Source of the DNA: Chloroflexota bacterium
GTDB taxonomy: Bacteria; Chloroflexota; UBA11872; VXOZ01
Direction: 5' to 3'
Assembly: GCA_965221905.1 (NCBI GenBank)
Contig: OZ244922.1
Coordinates: 2,976,001 to 3,040,000, forward strand
Length of the DNA stretch: 64,000 bases
The notes under the pieces are model-generated. The model was not told the DNA's origin. It saw nothing but the letters and a program-made list of their open reading frames with translations, and ran no database searches. Shown one piece after another: positions 29,495 to 39,207 of the stretch (position 1 is its first letter; every line of letters begins with the position of its first letter). A program made the translations under genes and the position numbers.

Positions 29495-30532
29495 CTACGC
29501 CGGAATGACTGTCGTCTCCTTGCCTTCGCGCAGTGCCACCGCGTCTGCCACCATGCGGTGGAAGTCGTGCTGCGGCGCGTACTTCACCCGCGACTTCGCC
29601 GCGCTATTGTCCGCCCAATACTGCCAGCACGCGGGGGCTTCCCAGTCCAGCACCGGCAGACCAAGCAGATCACTGAGCACAGGTGTGGCTTCACTAAACG
29701 GAATCGCATAGGGACCGTGCATGTTCAGAGTCTGGCCGACCGCGCCGTCTTCATCGAGTGCCTGCATGATCCCGTGAACAACATCCCGTGCGTCCGTGCG
29801 CTGCCACAGCCAGGAATTGCCGTCGCGGTCATGGTAGTTAACGAGCAGCTTGCTGGGATCGTCCGTACGCTGCTTCACCGCCTCATCCAGCTTGGCAAGG
29901 TTCTCCGCCATTTCCGGATGATGCAGCGGGCCGCATTGGGCGTGGCTCGCCTCGCGATACTGGCTCGCCGCCAAGCCTGCGGACCAGCCGTTGAATATCT
30001 CCTCACCCGCCAGAATAGCCCCGGGGCGAATGATCGTGGTCTTCAGTCCATACTCGCGCCGGTAATGCTCCACCATTTCTTCGTTGAGCACCTTGATCAT
30101 GCCGTACTCCTTGATCGGCAGGCGCGGATGTTGCTCGTCGACCGGGGCGTAGAGGAGCGATGGTATGGGATATACGGTGTCGCTGCTAATGTGCACGAAC
30201 CGATGCAGCTTGTCGCCTTGTGCAGCCACGGCCTGCAGCAAGCGCATCGTACCCGTTGTATTAATATCGTAGTAGGTAAACTTTTCCATGGTCGGCGGCC
30301 GTGACATGACGCACGCCGTATGGACCACGGCGTCCACTCCCACCGCTGCCTTAGCAATACCATCCGTATCGTCCAAGCCGACGTTGGCAATCTCCACGTC
30401 GAACGCATTGAGTTTTTCCGCCTTTGGGTCGCCGGGATACACCATCCCGCGCACCTGATGGCCTCGCGCCAGCAGCGCCTTAGTCAGGTTCGTGCCCACA
30501 CGTCCCGATACACCCGATACCAAAATTCTCAC
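29495..30532 (-). CDS. NAD-dependent epimerase/dehydratase
   Basis: ILVSGVSGRVG, HISSD.VY, YGMIK (YxxxK). Confidence 0.9.
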   Translation of the reverse strand: MRILVSGVSGRVGTNLTKALLARGHQVRGMVYPGDPKAEKLNAFDVEIANVGLDDTDGIAKAAVGVDAVVHTACVMSRPPTMEKFTYYDINTTGTMRLLQAVAAQGDKLHRFVHISSDTVYPIPSLLYAPVDEQHPRLPIKEYGMIKVLNEEMVEHYRREYGLKTTIIRPGAILAGEEIFNGWSAGLAASQYREASHAQCGPLHHPEMAENLAKLDEAVKQRTDDPSKLLVNYHDRDGNSWLWQRTDARDVVHGIMQALDEDGAVGQTLNMHGPYAIPFSEATPVLSDLLGLPVLDWEAPACWQYWADNSAAKSRVKYAPQHDFHRMVADAVALREGKETTVIPA

Positions 30533-30625
30533 GGGAAATCCTCCTTGTCATTTACGTAATTCTGCAACGATGATACGGAAGTACGGCCACACAAGCAATT
30601 TGGAAAGGGCACCCTAGATAGGAAG

Positions 30626-30663
30626 GAGCCGCCTCCCAGGCCCAAACCCGTGGGAGGCGGCTC
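30626..30663 (-). terminator. Hairpin downstream of solute-binding gene
   Basis: GAGCCGCCTCCCA / TGGGAGGCGGCTC 13-bp stem. Confidence 0.6.
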
Positions 30664-30717
30664 GTATCCGTTGCGAGACTCTTCGATTGAAAATAGCCTT
30701 CAAGAGGCTGCAAGAGA

Positions 30718-32121
30718 CTACTCGAGCACTGAGTTCGCCAACGATTCGTTCAGAACTTCCTGGGCCAACTGATCGGCCTCTTTCAGGGCCTCTTGGATGG
30801 TCTTTTCTTTCTTGAAGATGGTCTGCGCCATGTTGAAGTGGATGCCGATGAGGCCGACTCCGCCCGGTGCCCCGACCACAAAGCCGGCAACCGCCATTGA
30901 ATCCACGGCCTCCTTGCGCAGCGGGTCGCCCTGAATGAAGTCCTCGCTGTTGGCCACGGACTTGCGCATGGGCAGCCGGCTCTTGCCCAAAGCGTGGCGG
31001 AGGTCTTGCGGCGCCTCGAAGAGCCACTCGATGAACGTAAAAGCCTGGTCCGGATTCTTGGAGCCGTTGGGAATGATGTTGTCACCGCAGCCGCTATACG
31101 TCACCGTATTGCCACCCGGCGGCAGGGGCACCGGGGCAGCGCTGTAGTCGAGCTTGTCAAAGCCCGCCTTGTAGTTGGGCTGGTGCGGCGTGTCATAGAT
31201 CGTATAGATCATGCTGGCGCCGCGGTCGGTGAAGACAATCCGTGGATCGACATCGCCTCGGAATTCATCCGACGCCAGGAAGCCATCCTGCAAGTCGTAT
31301 ATGCGGAGCATGTGCTCGAAGGCGCGCACGGTCGTCTCGTTGTCGAGCGTCGAAGTGCTGTCGTCCGCACTGATAATGGCGCCGCCAAGCTGCCAGACCG
31401 CCACCATCCAACACGCGAAAATACTGCCGGGGCCCCAGTGCGGGACGTAGCCAAGCTGGGCGATCTTCGCGCCATCTTTCTTCACCAGCCTGCCGATGGC
31501 GGAGTAAAGGTCATCCCACGTGGCGGGCGGGCTCTCCGGGTCCAGACCGGCCTCGATCAGGTTTTCGTGTCCGATGAAGAGCGTGCGGGCGTCGGGCGTA
31601 AATGGCATCCCAAACTGGCGCCCCTGCCAAACGGCATCATTCAAGATCTCTTCCCACATATCGCTGGTATCTATGGTGGAAGAGGCCTTGACCATTTCGG
31701 TCATCTCCGAAGCGAGGCCACCGTGGGCAAGGGTCTTGATGGTGAAACGAGGCGCAAATGACATATCGGGCGCGGCGTCGGCCGCCACCGCCGCGGGCAG
31801 TTTCTCAAACGTCTCGCTCCACGGCGTGGGCATGGTGTTGATATGAATTGCGTCTTGCATCGCATTGAACTCGTCGCGGAGTTCCAGCCCGACTCCCTCG
31901 GTGAAAGAGGCCCAGAAGCCGTTAAGCGACCAAAAGTCGACCTCCACCGTCTCCATCGTGGGCGCTTCGGCTTCGGCTTTCTTCTCTTCCATCTCGGGCG
32001 CTTCGTCTACCGGCTCAGCTACCTGCCCACAGGCCGCCAAGAGTCCCACGCTTCCAAGCATGCCGGCGCCGATGCTAAGCATCCGCCGTCGTGTTAGACC
32101 CAAATTATGTACACGATCCAT
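30718..32121 (-). CDS. ABC extracellular solute-binding lipoprotein (sugar-type)
   Basis: TRRRML, LAAC, EKL.AAVAA..APD, GMPF, PPATWDDL. Confidence 0.87.
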   Translation of the reverse strand: MDRVHNLGLTRRRMLSIGAGMLGSVGLLAACGQVAEPVDEAPEMEEKKAEAEAPTMETVEVDFWSLNGFWASFTEGVGLELRDEFNAMQDAIHINTMPTPWSETFEKLPAAVAADAAPDMSFAPRFTIKTLAHGGLASEMTEMVKASSTIDTSDMWEEILNDAVWQGRQFGMPFTPDARTLFIGHENLIEAGLDPESPPATWDDLYSAIGRLVKKDGAKIAQLGYVPHWGPGSIFACWMVAVWQLGGAIISADDSTSTLDNETTVRAFEHMLRIYDLQDGFLASDEFRGDVDPRIVFTDRGASMIYTIYDTPHQPNYKAGFDKLDYSAAPVPLPPGGNTVTYSGCGDNIIPNGSKNPDQAFTFIEWLFEAPQDLRHALGKSRLPMRKSVANSEDFIQGDPLRKEAVDSMAVAGFVVGAPGGVGLIGIHFNMAQTIFKKEKTIQEALKEADQLAQEVLNESLANSVLE

Positions 32122-32389
32122 CGTTTCTCTCCTTGAAAACTACATTATCTACGCTTCACTCTCGCAAGTCTGCTAGATCAACGCGGGGCCGCCCTTAGTG
32201 GTACCACGAGGGGTGGAACAACACCACCAGCCTTTCTATCGGCGTATTTGCCAACGAAAGCGATATCCGGCTTCCCTTCTCCTTCCCTGTGTGCTGTCTG
32301 CTTGTGCTGCATCATATCAATTGACTAGCAACGCGACAAGCTTAAAAGGGAGCGTAAGGAGTCCCTTGTTCGCGAGCCTGTGCACATGA

Positions 32390-33427
32390 CTAACTAGCCG
32401 TGCCTTCGACGATACTCACCACTGCATTCGTGGGCACGACCCGAGACAGGCAAAGGCCCGCCTGCCCAAAGAGTTCGGCATATTCTTCTTCGGTGCGCTC
32501 CCGCCCGCCTGGTGTCAGCGCCAACATCACGACGTCCCAGAGCTTGCTGTTCGACGCCACATTGCCGGGCGGCATCACGCCTTCCACGACCAGCACTCTT
32601 CCCCCCGCCGCCATCGCTTCCCTGCAGTTCCGCAAGATTATGGCAGACCGCGCATCGTCCCAGTCATGAATTATGTGCTTCAGCATGTAGAGGTCGCCGC
32701 CCGCGGGAACGTTGGCAAAGAAGTCGCCGCCCACCACCTGACAGCGCTTACCGTAGTCTCCGGACGCAAGCTCCGGCCCGGCTGCCTCGACAACGCTCGG
32801 CCGGTCGTAGAGAATGCCTCTCAGCGTCGGATAAGCGGTCAGTATGTCGGTCAGCAATCGACCGCGACCGCCCCCGACGTCCACCACCGTGCCGCAGCCG
32901 GTAAAGTCATAGGCTGCACAGACACCGGCAGCCTCGAATCGCGAGAGAGCCGTCATGGAGTTGTCGAAGTCAGTTGCCGCTGCCGGATGCTGCTCCAGGA
33001 AATCAAAGAGCGAAAGTCCGTACGCGTGGTCGAATGCCGGCCGGCCTGTCTCCACACTATAGAGAAGGTGTGCCCAGGCCCGGTTATACCACTCGCTGCC
33101 GTGCACAATTGCGTAGTCCCTAAAGGAACACGGCGCATCGGCTTGCAGCAACTCCGCCATCGGCGTGAGCGCAAACTGCCTGGGCTCCAGTTCCACAAAC
33201 ACTTCCAGGCTTGCCAGCAAGCGCATGACCCGATAGAGCGCCGAGGCATTGGCGCCCGTCTCCGCTGCCAGATCATCTATTGTCCGTGGACCGTCCGCCA
33301 GCAGATCGGCAATGCCTAACTTGGCCGCAACGAATAGACATTGCGTGGTCGCCTTGCCCCATACCAACTGCTGGAGGCGAGGAACAAGCGACGCGTCGGG
33401 GAATGAGTCGGGCCAGTCAGGCGTCAC
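32390..33427 (-). CDS. SAM-dependent O-methyltransferase with dimerisation domain
   Basis: AAKLGIADLL, VVDVGGGRG, GGDFF, KHIIHDW, GGRERT; GTG 33427 has a GGAGA SD (the ATG at 33484 lies inside a repeat). Confidence 0.92.
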   Translation of the reverse strand: MTPDWPDSFPDASLVPRLQQLVWGKATTQCLFVAAKLGIADLLADGPRTIDDLAAETGANASALYRVMRLLASLEVFVELEPRQFALTPMAELLQADAPCSFRDYAIVHGSEWYNRAWAHLLYSVETGRPAFDHAYGLSLFDFLEQHPAAATDFDNSMTALSRFEAAGVCAAYDFTGCGTVVDVGGGRGRLLTDILTAYPTLRGILYDRPSVVEAAGPELASGDYGKRCQVVGGDFFANVPAGGDLYMLKHIIHDWDDARSAIILRNCREAMAAGGRVLVVEGVMPPGNVASNSKLWDVVMLALTPGGRERTEEEYAELFGQAGLCLSRVVPTNAVVSIVEGTAS

Positions 33428-33487
33428 GATATTCTCCCTGTACTGCAGGATAAGAGGCCCACACGGCACGTTCCGTTCCGTCATTCC

Positions 33488-33780
33488 TGTAAGTGTTGAC
33501 TAATTCGTTGACAGTTTCATCAGTCCAATTGAAACCATGACAAGTAGAAGACGTTCAACTCCGTCATTCCGGCGCAAGCCGGAATCCATCTTCGCTGCAC
33601 CCCTGGACTCCGGCTTTCGCCGGAGTGACGATTCTCGTGCCGTCTGCGCTATTAGTCTTTGATGCATGAGCTGTCATTGCTCGTGATGCAGCAACCCAAT
33701 GTGGATGGCAGCCGATACGAGGGCATAATCTCTGGTTGTTATATTTTCCCATTCTGTCAACGAGATACCTAACACTCACA
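33488..33780. mobile_element. Miniature inverted-repeat element (TGT...ACA), copy 1
   Basis: 27-bp imperfect TIRs (21/27); flanked by ATTCC/ACTCC; splits a REP-like palindrome. Confidence 0.72.
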
Positions 33781-33902
33781 ACTCCCGCGAAAGCGGGAAA
33801 TTCATCTCAGTCTTGAACAGCTCGCTATTCCGATGATGCATTGACCGCCGCACTACCCTTGGGATTGGCGGAAAGCTGAGTCCCTTTGTGCCAAGTTTCC
33901 AC

Positions 33903-35648
33903 CTAGCGGCCCATGGCGTACGGCATCATCGTCCTTGGCGAGGCGGCTCCTTCGATCAAGCCGCTGTCGGGGTTGAAGCGCACGCCTGTCACCTGACCGT
34001 GTGCCCAGTCGGCGCCTACCACGATTTCATGGCCTCTCGCTTCCAGCGCCGCGCGCGTCTCTTCTGAAACACGCCCCTCCACCACCACGCGTTTCGGAAA
34101 CGCCGCGCGCGGGTAGAACGAACTGGGGAAGTGCATGCTATGGAACGAAGGCGCATCTATCGCCTCTTGCAAGTTCATGCCAAAATCAACCACATTGAGG
34201 AAAAACTGCAACGTCCATTGGTCCTGCATATCGCCGCCAGGCGTGCCGAACACCATGTGGGGCCGTCCGTCTTTCATGGCCAGCGACGGTGTCAGCGTCG
34301 TGCGCGGACGTTTGCCCGGCATGAGGGCATTGGGATGAGCGGGGTCGAGCGAGAACATCTGTCCGCGCGTGCCTAGGGGGAAGCCCAATCCTTCCACGAC
34401 CGGCGAGGTCGTCAACCAGCCCCCGCTCGGCGTGGCGGAGAACATGTTGCCTTCTGCGTCGATGACGTCGAGATGGGTCGTATCGTACGCGTAGACCGCG
34501 GGATCGCCGGGCCGCGCCTCAAGGGCCGACGGCGGCAGATCGCCCGGTCGCAAATCGGGAGAAGCAACCGCCGGATCTATGAGCGTGCTGCGCTGCGCTG
34601 CATACCCCTTATCCAAGAGCCGATCAAGCGGCACGTGCACGAACGCCGGATCGCCGTAGTAGGTCTCGCGGTCCGCAAACGCCAGCTTCGCCGCCTCAAC
34701 CACGGTATGAATGTATTCAGGCGTATTGTGGCCCAGGGAGGCCAAGTCGAATTGCTCGAGCAGTGTGAGTTGCTGCAGGAACACGGGTCCCTGGCACCAA
34801 GGCCCGCACTTATAGACGTCCAGACCGCGATAGTTCACGGTGACCGGCTGCTCCACTTTCGTGCGGAAGGCTGCGAAGTCATCCTCCGCTATTAGACCGC
34901 GGTGGGTTTGGCCGTTAGCATCGAGCACCTCAGTGTTCGCCGCGAATGCAGCCGCCTTTGCGGCAACGTCGCCTCGATAGAAATAGTCTAGGGCGGCGCG
35001 CAGGCCCGCTTCACGTCCGCGGTGTTGCTCCCGCATTTCGGCGTCTATGGCCCCTTGAAAGGTGCGGGCCCAGTCCGGTTGCTTCCAAATTGAGCCAACC
35101 GCCGGCACGGCCCCGTTGTCCAGAAACGCCTGCGCCGAAGTCGGCCACCGCGTGCGAAACTTTTCTGCTTGTTTGCCAATGCTGCGGTGCAATTCCGCGT
35201 ACATGGGAAAGCCGTCCCTCGCCAGATCCACCACCGGGCCCAGCGTCTCCTTGAGGCCCAACCGCCCGTAACGCAGCAAGGACGTGACCCAAGCGCCAAA
35301 GGCTCCGGGCACCGTTGCGGGCAAGAACCCGTCGCCTGGGATGAGGTCGATATTCTGGGAGCGAAACCACTCGATGGTCGCTCGCTTTGGCGCGATCCCC
35401 TGCCCGTTGATGGCAGCCACCTGCGGCCCGTCACCGCCGTCGCGGTGAATGAGAATCGGACTTTCGCCGCCGATGCCGTTGGACTGCGGCTTTAGCATAT
35501 TGAGCGCAAAGCCCGCCGCCACGCCTGCGTCTATTGCGTTTCCTCCCTGGTCCAGCACCCGCATGCCGATAGCCGTCGCTAAGTAATGCCCCGTCGTCAC
35601 GACGCCGTGCGTACCCATGATTACGGGGCGTGTCGTAAATCCCGCCAT
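33903..35648 (-). CDS. Gamma-glutamyltransferase family protein
   Basis: GGNAIDAG, TVPG, DTTHLDVID, PGKRPRTT, GTPGGD. Confidence 0.93.
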   Translation of the reverse strand: MAGFTTRPVIMGTHGVVTTGHYLATAIGMRVLDQGGNAIDAGVAAGFALNMLKPQSNGIGGESPILIHRDGGDGPQVAAINGQGIAPKRATIEWFRSQNIDLIPGDGFLPATVPGAFGAWVTSLLRYGRLGLKETLGPVVDLARDGFPMYAELHRSIGKQAEKFRTRWPTSAQAFLDNGAVPAVGSIWKQPDWARTFQGAIDAEMREQHRGREAGLRAALDYFYRGDVAAKAAAFAANTEVLDANGQTHRGLIAEDDFAAFRTKVEQPVTVNYRGLDVYKCGPWCQGPVFLQQLTLLEQFDLASLGHNTPEYIHTVVEAAKLAFADRETYYGDPAFVHVPLDRLLDKGYAAQRSTLIDPAVASPDLRPGDLPPSALEARPGDPAVYAYDTTHLDVIDAEGNMFSATPSGGWLTTSPVVEGLGFPLGTRGQMFSLDPAHPNALMPGKRPRTTLTPSLAMKDGRPHMVFGTPGGDMQDQWTLQFFLNVVDFGMNLQEAIDAPSFHSMHFPSSFYPRAAFPKRVVVEGRVSEETRAALEARGHEIVVGADWAHGQVTGVRFNPDSGLIEGAASPRTMMPYAMGR

Positions 35649-35872
35649 TGCGCTTGTTCGCTCCTTATACCACCCAAGGGCTGCGTCGCGAGCGATTAGC
35701 TCCACCGCGTGCGCTTAGCTGGCAATCGTACTCTCGGTTTATCCACAGAATTCTGCAATGAACGTAGCACGCCACTCTCAAATCCGCAAACACTGACGCT
35801 TGTAGCCACCCAATCCCAGCCAGTGGTACGATTGGGCGAGCACCCTACCAAGTAGTAGAGCCATTCGTTCCC

Positions 35873-37231
35873 ATGAAGCCGCCAAACACACCGACTTTGC
35901 CCCGGACGCCCATCGACCTGGGCGACAACTTGCGCCTGCGCTTTGCCGTTCCCGATGACTTCGACGCCTGGGTTGACTTCAACGAGCGCATGCGCGAGTA
36001 CGATCCGTCCTCGAACCGCGTCGGTGTCTGGGCGCATGAACTCATGTCCGGCAGACACCCGACGACCAGAGCCGGCGACTTCACGGTTGTGGAGGATACG
36101 GCCACCGGCAAGATCGTTTCGTCGCTTTGCCTAATCCCGCAGACCTGGTCGTACGGCGGGATTCCGTTCGGCTGCGGCCGCATTGAGCAGGTGGGCACCG
36201 ATCCCCTTTACCGGCGGCGCGGCCTCATTCGCAAGCAAATGGACGTCATCCACACGCTCAGCGATTCCAAAGGCGAGCTGATACAAGCCATCACCGGCAT
36301 TCCCTGGTATTATCGCCAATTTGGCTATGAATTCGCCCTCGATCTTTACTGCGGCCGTGTTGTGCGGGTTTCGCCGCCTAGCCCGCAGACCACCGCGCAT
36401 TTTCATGTGCGGCCCCTAACCGATGCCGACCACGCGTTCGTCCGCTCTGTTTACGCGCATGCCGAACAGCGGCAACCCTTTAGCGTCGTGCGCTCAGACG
36501 AGCATTGGGAATGGGAATTCTCCGGGCGCACCACTGACAGCGAGGTGTACAGGGAGTGGCTCGTCATAGAGGACACGGCGCATAGGCCGGTTGGCTTCAT
36601 CCAGTACCACCCGCTCCTTAGCTCCGCAGAGCCGAAACCGTGGCGCATGGTCGTGCGCCAATGTGCGCTCGCGCCGGGCGTCAGTTACCTAAACGTCATG
36701 CCTGACCTGTTAACGGCACTCCATGCCTATGTACAATCGCTCAACAACTCCGGCGGAGGGAAAGCGGAATCGCAACCTGGCGAGATTGTGTTCATGCTGG
36801 GACGCGATAATCCAGCCTACGCCACGTTCCCAAATCTGGTAACATCCTCGCTCCAGGGATACGCCTGGTACCTCCGCGTGCCGGACCTTGCCGCCTTTCT
36901 CCGCCACGTGCGCCCTGCCCTGGAAATGCATCTGTTGGGCACGCCTGCCGAAGGCTACACCGGCACGCTCACACTAGATTTCTTCCGTAGCGGTCTGAGA
37001 CTCGAATTCAATCAGGGACAGGTCTCGGCAGTCACTGCTTTAAACCATACGGAAGTCTCATCCAGCGACGCCAGCTTTCCAGACTTGACCTTCTTACAAC
37101 TTCTCGGCGGTCGCCGCACCTATACCCAGCTCAAAGAGAGTTATCCCGATTGCAGCGCCACACCCACGGCCCAAGCCCTTTTAACCGCGCTCTTCCCGCC
37201 GTTTTCGGGGAATCTCTGGCATTCGGACTAG
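35873..37231 (+). CDS. GNAT family N-acetyltransferase (Eis-like, multi-domain)
   Basis: VGTDPLYRRRGL acetyl-CoA motif, GIPWYYRQFGYE. Confidence 0.85.
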   Translation: MKPPNTPTLPRTPIDLGDNLRLRFAVPDDFDAWVDFNERMREYDPSSNRVGVWAHELMSGRHPTTRAGDFTVVEDTATGKIVSSLCLIPQTWSYGGIPFGCGRIEQVGTDPLYRRRGLIRKQMDVIHTLSDSKGELIQAITGIPWYYRQFGYEFALDLYCGRVVRVSPPSPQTTAHFHVRPLTDADHAFVRSVYAHAEQRQPFSVVRSDEHWEWEFSGRTTDSEVYREWLVIEDTAHRPVGFIQYHPLLSSAEPKPWRMVVRQCALAPGVSYLNVMPDLLTALHAYVQSLNNSGGGKAESQPGEIVFMLGRDNPAYATFPNLVTSSLQGYAWYLRVPDLAAFLRHVRPALEMHLLGTPAEGYTGTLTLDFFRSGLRLEFNQGQVSAVTALNHTEVSSSDASFPDLTFLQLLGGRRTYTQLKESYPDCSATPTAQALLTALFPPFSGNLWHSD

Positions 37232-37333
37232 GTGTGCTGGAGTTAGAGCCCAGCGGAACCGGGCGTATTTCAGCCGGATCCGGTTAGTACCCCTAGAGAG
37301 GCGCTTGCCAGGACAGTAAAGTGGTCAAGCAAG

Positions 37334-38095
37334 TTACTGCGCGGTATAGCCGCCGTCCACCGGCAGCGCCGCGCCGGTCACGAATGACGCCGCATCGGAG
37401 CAGAGCCACGTCACCACTGCGGCGACTTCCTCCGGGCTGGCAAAGCGACCGTTCGGCTGCGAAGCCAACAGTCTTTCGCCCACCTGCGGATTACGCGTCA
37501 CGAGCGTTTCTAGCATTGGGCTGTAAACCGCGGCCGGGCAAACGCAATTGACCCGGATTCCATGGGGCGCGTACTGGAGCGCCGCCGTTTTCGTAAGACC
37601 CACCACACCGTGTTTGCTGGCGGCGTAGGCCGGACTGTGCTGGCTGCCGACCAAACCGGCAATTGAGGAAGTATTGACAATCGCGCCGCCGCCCGCTTGG
37701 ATCATGGCCGGAATCTCGTGCTTCATGCAGAGCCACACGCCTTTGAGATTGATGCCCATCACATCGTCCCAATCGTCTTCCGTAAAGTCGATCATGGCCG
37801 CGCCGCTGCCCAGCACGCCGGCATTGTTGAAGGCGATGTCCAGACGCCCAAAGGACTGCACGGCAGCCGCAACCATTGCCTCCACATCTACAGCCGCGCG
37901 CACGTCGGTCTTTACAAAGACGGCCTCACCGCCTTCTGCCTTGACAAGGCACACGGTTTCTTCCCCTCCCGCTTGGTCAACGTCGGCAACCACCACGCGC
38001 GCCCCGCCGTGAGCAAAGCTGAGCGCCGCGGCACGGCCGATTCCTGATGCTCCACCCGTTACCAACGCTGCCTTGTCTGCAAATTGAAGTGACAC
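37334..38095 (-). CDS. SDR oxidoreductase
   Basis: TGGASGIG, NNAG, YAASK, VDGG. Confidence 0.95.
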   Translation of the reverse strand: MSLQFADKAALVTGGASGIGRAAALSFAHGGARVVVADVDQAGGEETVCLVKAEGGEAVFVKTDVRAAVDVEAMVAAAVQSFGRLDIAFNNAGVLGSGAAMIDFTEDDWDDVMGINLKGVWLCMKHEIPAMIQAGGGAIVNTSSIAGLVGSQHSPAYAASKHGVVGLTKTAALQYAPHGIRVNCVCPAAVYSPMLETLVTRNPQVGERLLASQPNGRFASPEEVAAVVTWLCSDAASFVTGAALPVDGGYTAQ

Positions 38096-38247
38096 GCTAC
38101 CGCTCCTCGCGCCTCTTGCATACGTAAACTTTCACGCTCTGACAGGAAGTGAGCGTGCACTCTGGCTCGTCATTCCCGCGCACGCGGGAATCCATCTTCT
38201 CTTCCGTAACCCGATACCCACAAGTCTCCCGGTTGGCAGTAAATTAG

Positions 38248-39207
38248 TCACTGCGCTATCTCGGACTCCGGCCCCCCATCCGCATTGCCGAACATCTCGC
38301 CAATCACGGGCCGCACCAGTTCCCAGTCCGGCAGCAAAACCTGCGCGCCGCCCTCCGTGACATAGTCGTAAACCAGCGGCGGCTCGATGACGCGCGCGTT
38401 GATCGGCGCATCGCGCAACAGATAGAGGTCGCGCAAGAGAATGAGCTGCTCCGTAAGTGTCAGGTCAGTCTCGATGATCTCATTGAACTGCTGAAAGAGG
38501 ATGGGGAACAAGAGGATCATCTCGTCCGAAAAGAGACTGGAGTGCGCCGAGGCAATGACGTTCTGCTGGCGGCCCATGCGTTTGAAGTCATTGTCCGGAT
38601 GCCGTGTACGCGCGTAGACCAGCGCCGTTTCGCCATCCATGTGCTGCATGCCTTGGGGGATGAAGATGCTCGTGTATCCGTAGTCCATGGTCGGATAGGC
38701 ATTGTCTACCAGGTTCTTGGCCACCGTGACGTCTATGCCGCCGAAAGCGTCGATGAGGGCTACAAAGCCGGCAAAGTCAATCGCGGCCACAGCGTGCACC
38801 GGCACGTCGAAGACCGATTCAACCGTCTGGCGCGCCAATTCGGCGCCGCTATCTTCGTAGACCTCGCCAAAGAGATAGGCGGCATTTATGCGGTACCAGC
38901 CGTAGTCGGGGATGGTCACCCACAGGTCGCGCGGGATCGAGAGCAGCGAGAGCGAGCGCGACTTGCGCTCGATGCTGAGCAGCATGATAACGTCGCTGTT
39001 CGAGGGTTCGCCGGGTTGCCGTCGGTCGAGCCCTACGAGCAGGATGGTAAAGCGCTCGCCGGCGCCCAAGTCCGGTCGCGCGGTCTCTGCACGGGCGACC
39101 GGTACGAACAACGTCGCCAGCACACACCCAGCCAGCAGCATTAGACAGAGCGCGGCCAGGCGCAGGTGCAGCCGGAAGCGCTGCGGGCAACACTCCTGAA
39201 CGCTCAC
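38248..39207 (-). CDS. LCP (LytR-CpsA-Psr) family protein
   Basis: ILLVGLD, SDVIML, SIPRD, RINAAY, ALVYARTR, DFKR..RQQ. Confidence 0.92.
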   Translation of the reverse strand: MSVQECCPQRFRLHLRLAALCLMLLAGCVLATLFVPVARAETARPDLGAGERFTILLVGLDRRQPGEPSNSDVIMLLSIERKSRSLSLLSIPRDLWVTIPDYGWYRINAAYLFGEVYEDSGAELARQTVESVFDVPVHAVAAIDFAGFVALIDAFGGIDVTVAKNLVDNAYPTMDYGYTSIFIPQGMQHMDGETALVYARTRHPDNDFKRMGRQQNVIASAHSSLFSDEMILLFPILFQQFNEIIETDLTLTEQLILLRDLYLLRDAPINARVIEPPLVYDYVTEGGAQVLLPDWELVRPVIGEMFGNADGGPESEIAQ

